64,000 bases of DNA from Candidatus Latescibacterota bacterium (lineage in GTDB: Bacteria > Latescibacterota > UBA2968). The stretch lies in contig OZ220741.1 in assembly GCA_965116885.1 (NCBI GenBank), positions 3,552,001-3,616,000 of the forward strand, written 5' to 3'. The translations under genes and the position numbers were made by a program. The notes beneath the pieces are model-generated. The model searched no databases. It was not told the origin of the DNA and was given only the letters and a program-made list of their open reading frames with translations. Of the stretch, positions 59,326 through 64,000 are shown in pieces (the stretch's first letter is position 1; each line of letters opens with the position of its first letter).

Positions 59326-60564
59326 TTATTCTATTTCTGTATAGTCGGAGGTGAGGGTTAAATCACCCGACTTCACATTCATAAAGCAGGCGGTTGTCCC
59401 CTCGGGCTGCGTGGCGGTTACTACCCACTGCTCGGCCATCCTTTCCAGCTTTGCAGGTGATTCGATCCACTTCCTTTTGCCGGTTATCCCGGTATCAGCC
59501 GTTGATATCAGAAAGGCCTCATCCAATGGCCTTGATGATTCAAAAATTACTGTGAACTGTCGGCCCTCAGTCCTGGATGAAATTTGCCTGGCCCAGGGTT
59601 TGCCCTCTTTGACAACGCTGTCTGCGAAGGCATAGCTGTCCGGAGGTTTCCAGCCGGCCTGGTGCCCGTGTCTCATGCCGGGGATCAGACATACCATGTA
59701 GGGGCCGGATACCGTGCGATAGCAGGAGGCTTGTTTGTCTAATGGAAAGTGCTGGTCTCCCGGCCAGGAGAGCCACAGGGTCGGGGTTTTTACTTTTTTT
59801 AAGCGTAGCACAGGATCCCAGACCTGCTTGTAAAGGTCATTATTTCCAAGCGCCCTGCCGTATTGATTGGCCGCCTGGGACAGGTTCCCGCATCCGTACG
59901 TGGGAATGGCAAAAGCAAAGCGGTCGTCGATACCGATAACCGTGCTTGCAATAATGCCTCCCCAGGAGATACCCATCAGGCCGACTTTCGTACTATCTAC
60001 CTGTGGCAAGGAACGAAGGAGCGAGTTCGCGAGGATTGCATCGGCAACGGCGTGATACATCCATTGTTCTTCAATCGGTTTGTCGGAGTCACCGTAAATA
60101 CCTGTGCGGGCGGGTCCTGACCATGGGTGTTTTTTCCACCTGTTGCGCCTATTGTCGCCGGGTTTCCCTATCTCCCGTTCATCTATCTGCCCTTCCACTG
60201 CGATACTGATTGCCGCGTATCCGTGAGCATTCCACTTTTCAACCCACTCCTTAAAGGCGGTTCCGCCACCGCCATGGATTAACACGATTCCCGGGACCTT
60301 GTGGCTCGACGATGCACCCTCAGGGATACCGACCCAGGCATAGACGCGGGTTGGTTTTTCCGCGTACATAAGCGCATCAAAGTAGATCGTCTTCAATTCA
60401 CCAGCACCAATACTGACGATTTGTTCCTTTTCATTGCGGACAACAGGCGCATTTGTCAACTCTGCCAGTGCGCGTATTTTCAATTCCTCTGTGCGGTAAT
60501 CAGCCTGCACGCTCAAAGTCCTCAACATTGCTGTTAGAATAATCGTCCAGTTAATCATTCTCAT
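59326..60564 (-). CDS. Secreted alpha/beta hydrolase (acetylxylan-esterase-like)
   Basis: Signal-like N-terminus, HGGGGTAF, GISWGG, DQHF, HGH. Start uncertain (track gives 60585). Confidence 0.82.
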   Translation of the reverse strand: MRMINWTIILTAMLRTLSVQADYRTEELKIRALAELTNAPVVRNEKEQIVSIGAGELKTIYFDALMYAEKPTRVYAWVGIPEGASSSHKVPGIVLIHGGGGTAFKEWVEKWNAHGYAAISIAVEGQIDEREIGKPGDNRRNRWKKHPWSGPARTGIYGDSDKPIEEQWMYHAVADAILANSLLRSLPQVDSTKVGLMGISWGGIIASTVIGIDDRFAFAIPTYGCGNLSQAANQYGRALGNNDLYKQVWDPVLRLKKVKTPTLWLSWPGDQHFPLDKQASCYRTVSGPYMVCLIPGMRHGHQAGWKPPDSYAFADSVVKEGKPWARQISSRTEGRQFTVIFESSRPLDEAFLISTADTGITGKRKWIESPAKLERMAEQWVVTATQPEGTTACFMNVKSGDLTLTSDYTEIE

Positions 60565-60599
60565 TGTATTACTTCTGTTCTCCAAAGGTCTTGATCGCC

Positions 60600-62060
60600 C
60601 TATCTCCTGAAGGGCTTCCGCCTCATCGAAGAATAGACGTCTTCCAAAGTTCCGGCCTTTTTATGCCATGCCAATGCCTGTTCATTGGCGTCTTTGACAT
60701 ACTTGAGCGCCTCGGTAATGGGTTTCCCCATAGGATCGAAATACCCGGTCTGAGACTTACCCGTAGCGTCATGCGTTCCAGCCCAGGTTTCGATATACCC
60801 ACACGCTTGCCAGCCCAGCATAAAGGGCAGGTTCATGATGCCCTTTAGGTACACGGCGTACTGCTTGCCCTTATCTTCGATTGTGGGGACTTCCACCCCC
60901 TTCACCCTATCCATCTGGGGGCGCAGGAATCCATAGGCGTGATCGCCGTTGATGATGGGCTTTCCAGTCTTTTCATAAATTCTCCGCAGTTTTTGTTCGT
61001 GAGCCGGAGTATAGAAATCGTAATCCTGGATCAGCACCACATCTACGTAATTCTTCACAATATCCCACACCCAATCGGGTTGGGGCCTCGCATTTTGTAT
61101 TTTATCGCCAAAAATCAAATGATTGGGGTCGTGTTTCCTGATGGCATCGTGGTGAGCCTTGAGATAAGCGTCAACGATTTTTGCATTCATAAGTGCCTGA
61201 TCGGTAAACCCCCTTTTGGGATCCCCAGGCATACCATACGCGCTTATTTCGAAAAAATCCTCCCACGTATTCACATTTAATCCGTACATTTTCCCAGCCT
61301 CAGCAACGGAAGAGTACTGACCTTGTAATACACCAATCCAAACTCTTTTGCCCGGTGTCTTGCCGGGGCGAGACAAGATGTCCATGATCCAGGGATGGTG
61401 CTCAAAGCTTCTAATTGGCTTTCCCAAATTGTAAATTGTGTAAGCGGGTAGGTCTTCGTAACTGTATCCTAACAGGTACTTTGAGTCCCTGTGCTTTGAA
61501 GTGTAAGCTTTGACAAAATGGTCGAGTTTTTGTTTCCAGGCAGGATCAAATACGTCGGGGAAGCGCTTGTCGGCTGACCACTGTTTGACCCGCTTGGGGT
61601 GAACATGGCTCATTCTCAGCTTGCCAAAATAATACAACTTCAATTCGTTGCAATAATCTGTGGGCATTACGTGTGGATGATGAAAGGATAGGGTATTGAA
61701 ACCGTAATCTTTATGATCCTTAGCTATAATCTTCAGCCAGGTCCTGGCTCCTTCGGACTTAAAATCGACTCTTTTCCCCTTCATGATCCCGCCGCCGATT
61801 TTCCCGATCCAGTGTTCTTTGTTGTAACTGGCAAATCTGTGCAGGGGTCCCACGTGATTCATTCCAAGAGGAATAAAGGGTTCGCCATCACCGTTCACCA
61901 TGGTCCAGATGCCGCCTACCTCTTCCAGGTGGACAAAGTCTTTGTTCCCAATGATTCTGGCTTCGTCTTCCTTGTCAATCTGAGCAAACGAATGACTAAA
62001 CGCGACTGTACAAAACAAGAAGAGCGTTGTTGATCTGAATAGAGCTTGTGAAAGTATCAT
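60600..62060 (-). CDS. Secreted agarase-like (GH50-related) glycoside hydrolase
   Basis: Signal peptide ending SFA; G.PF..LGMNH, FPDVFDP, IRKHDPNHLIFGD, GKPI, LGW. ATG after AAGGAG. Confidence 0.65.
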   Translation of the reverse strand: MILSQALFRSTTLFLFCTVAFSHSFAQIDKEDEARIIGNKDFVHLEEVGGIWTMVNGDGEPFIPLGMNHVGPLHRFASYNKEHWIGKIGGGIMKGKRVDFKSEGARTWLKIIAKDHKDYGFNTLSFHHPHVMPTDYCNELKLYYFGKLRMSHVHPKRVKQWSADKRFPDVFDPAWKQKLDHFVKAYTSKHRDSKYLLGYSYEDLPAYTIYNLGKPIRSFEHHPWIMDILSRPGKTPGKRVWIGVLQGQYSSVAEAGKMYGLNVNTWEDFFEISAYGMPGDPKRGFTDQALMNAKIVDAYLKAHHDAIRKHDPNHLIFGDKIQNARPQPDWVWDIVKNYVDVVLIQDYDFYTPAHEQKLRRIYEKTGKPIINGDHAYGFLRPQMDRVKGVEVPTIEDKGKQYAVYLKGIMNLPFMLGWQACGYIETWAGTHDATGKSQTGYFDPMGKPITEALKYVKDANEQALAWHKKAGTLEDVYSSMRRKPFRR

Positions 62061-62107
62061 AACTGTCTCCTTTGGACTTGTTAGAAGCATTGGCGGCTCG
62101 ACGCCTT

Positions 62108-63277
62108 TTACGTCTGTTTTGGAGCGTGCGATTCCCGCAAAAACGCAGAGATCACAAAGAGTGCAAGGAATGCTGGAAGGACTGCCAGCAACAATGGATA
62201 GGCCATTTCACCTGTCATCCCGAGTGCTGCGACTCCAAGCAGCGGCGCAATTAACAAAGAGAGATCCATAAGGGAATCAAATGCCCCCATGGCGGCTCCT
62301 ATATATGACGTGTCAAACGCCTCCGAAGCGTACACGAATGATAATAAGTATGGCACTGCATTTGTAAGACAAAAGAGAACGTAGAACCCTATCAGCAGGG
62401 ATAGACTGTCGGCATAGACCAGTCCCACTCCCGATAGAACCAGGAGCCCGAGAGACGCGAGAACATAGATTTTTCGTCCCACTTTCTCAGAGATTGCTCC
62501 GGTGAAGTATGAGGATACACTGAATGCAAATGAACCGGTTGCCAGAATTAGCCCGATCTCCCAGGCGTCGAATCCCAACACCTCGCCCTTTGTCGGCACA
62601 AACACTCCGAAAATCCCGAAGGCAAACAGACCCGCGAATCCCATCAGAAGATAGACAAATACGCGACTGTTCCCAAAGGTTGCACCAAGGCTGCGAAAAA
62701 CGCCCAGATTGTGCTCCGATGAAGCCCGTTCTCCACCCTTGATCAGATAGAAAGCAGCACAGAAGGCCACGAGTGAGAGAAGCCCGTCCACAAGGAATGG
62801 AGCCCGAAGCGAAGCCAACGAAAGCGCTGCTCCTATGGCGGGGCCAACCACGAAGGACAGTCCTTGACTGCTTCTGAGGATCCCGAAGAACCGCCCTGGA
62901 GCATCCTTACCAAGCGTTGAAGTGATTGCCAGGAGAGCGGGCATCGAGATGGCATCAGCGACACCACCGAGGACTCGAAGAATTACCAAATGGACCCAGT
63001 CGCTCGCAATCAGACACAAAAGAGATGAAACTGAACCGAGGGCCGTGCCTATCAGAATGAGACGTTTCCGTGAGAAGCGATCCGCAAGGGTACCTGCGAA
63101 GAATTGGGCGACTACCACTGTGGCAAGGGCGGCCGACACGACTATGGGTATCTGGTACGTTTCAGCCCCGAGTTCCGTGCTGAGTCTCGGCAATACGGGA
63201 AGGCTGACGAGAGTACTCAGGAAGATGATGAACGCCATCAAGCCAATGGCATACATCCTGTGCAGATCAGATGTCAT
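62108..63277 (-). CDS. MFS transporter
   Basis: About 12 hydrophobic segments; motif A GTLADRFSRK and GAISEKVGRK. Confidence 0.92.
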   Translation of the reverse strand: MTSDLHRMYAIGLMAFIIFLSTLVSLPVLPRLSTELGAETYQIPIVVSAALATVVVAQFFAGTLADRFSRKRLILIGTALGSVSSLLCLIASDWVHLVILRVLGGVADAISMPALLAITSTLGKDAPGRFFGILRSSQGLSFVVGPAIGAALSLASLRAPFLVDGLLSLVAFCAAFYLIKGGERASSEHNLGVFRSLGATFGNSRVFVYLLMGFAGLFAFGIFGVFVPTKGEVLGFDAWEIGLILATGSFAFSVSSYFTGAISEKVGRKIYVLASLGLLVLSGVGLVYADSLSLLIGFYVLFCLTNAVPYLLSFVYASEAFDTSYIGAAMGAFDSLMDLSLLIAPLLGVAALGMTGEMAYPLLLAVLPAFLALFVISAFLRESHAPKQT

Positions 63278-63374
63278 TCCCCCTCCTCTATAGGGTAGGT
63301 TGTCGAATGGCAGAAGGAGTGCAGCGACTGAAGCACGGACACATGGTTAAGCGTCCGTGCTGTTTTTTGTTATC

Positions 63375-64000
63375 TTATTTTTGGGTGGGAAATAAGTGTT
63401 GCAGAGAATTCTTGGCAGATAGCGTATCATCAAATGGTTCGATTTTATTATTTTCAACAATAACTGATGAACGATCTCTTGGAGCAACATCAATTTCAAC
63501 AACTAATATCTTTGGATCGTTGGTGTAAAAAACATTGTTCACAACAGTGTTATCCCGCCCTGTTGGAGCAGGGATATTTTTCTGATCAAGATAGTCCACC
63601 CTTACTGGATCGTCCGTTTTTTTATTAAAAATCTGAATATATCGAGTCAGGTTCTTATTAGATCCGATGAATTTATTATCCTTTATGATGTTGGCAAATC
63701 CCGCCAGTTTGACAACCTCTTTATTGTAGGATTTTTCATAACAGTATAGAATATTATTCCGGACAGTTACAAATGAGGCCGCGTATTTGATATCGATATA
63801 TTGCCCCAGTAATCCCGGTCCCAATATGCTTTCCTCAACTATGATATTATGGGCTCTTGCCATTTTTCCTCTTTCTTCAAGCCCTTTTGATGAGCCAATA
63901 TAAAAGCCTTCTCCTTCATGGGCGTTATAATCTTTATCCAGCCATTCTCCAATATGATGGATTTTCATTCTTCTAAAGGTGTTATGGTGACTTTCATTCC
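63375..64000 (-). CDS. Beta-helix (pectin-lyase-like) protein, 5' part outside the window
   Basis: Frame is open to the window end; GEGFYIGS, IDIK, VRNN repeats; strongly AT-rich. Confidence 0.65.
   Translation of the reverse strand, partial: NESHHNTFRRMKIHHIGEWLDKDYNAHEGEGFYIGSSKGLEERGKMARAHNIIVEESILGPGLLGQYIDIKYAASFVTVRNNILYCYEKSYNKEVVKLAGFANIIKDNKFIGSNKNLTRYIQIFNKKTDDPVRVDYLDQKNIPAPTGRDNTVVNNVFYTNDPKILVVEIDVAPRDRSSVIVENNKIEPFDDTLSAKNSLQHLFPTQK

Noticed and set aside
6022..64000. Integron cassette array or CRISPR array
   Set aside because: No integrase, no recurring attC-like structure and no regularly spaced repeats were seen in the spacers by eye.

Overview
Accessory catabolic region of a bacterium. 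The gene repertoire resembles sulfatase- and PhyH-rich lineages such as Ca. Poribacteria or Latescibacterota (inference only). The left end (1-5877) is an RND efflux operon (outer-membrane factor, MFP, AcrB-type permease) split by a 1303-bp IS200/IS605-family element that carries an intact tnpB and a collapsed tnpA. Its ends, TTAT target and empty site can be reconstructed from the sequence. From about 6 kb to the window end lies an almost entirely minus-strand, compositionally mosaic array of about 40 catabolic genes. It holds 12 complete Cys-type sulfatases plus remnants, 6 PhyH-type Fe/2OG dioxygenase domains, polysaccharide lyase-like proteins, rhaM, esterases, two DUF3604-like metallohydrolases, a DegT aminotransferase, oxidoreductases, an M55 peptidase and an MFS transporter. 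Highlights: a polysaccharide-lyase::PhyH fusion; an unassigned lyase-like domain present both alone and fused to a PL4 lyase; a PhyH with an H-x-G motif; and recombination scars (a 54-bp 5' end shared by two divergent sulfatases, chimeric mini-ORFs) suggesting cassette-like shuffling. All functional calls come from motif recognition by eye; no searches were run.
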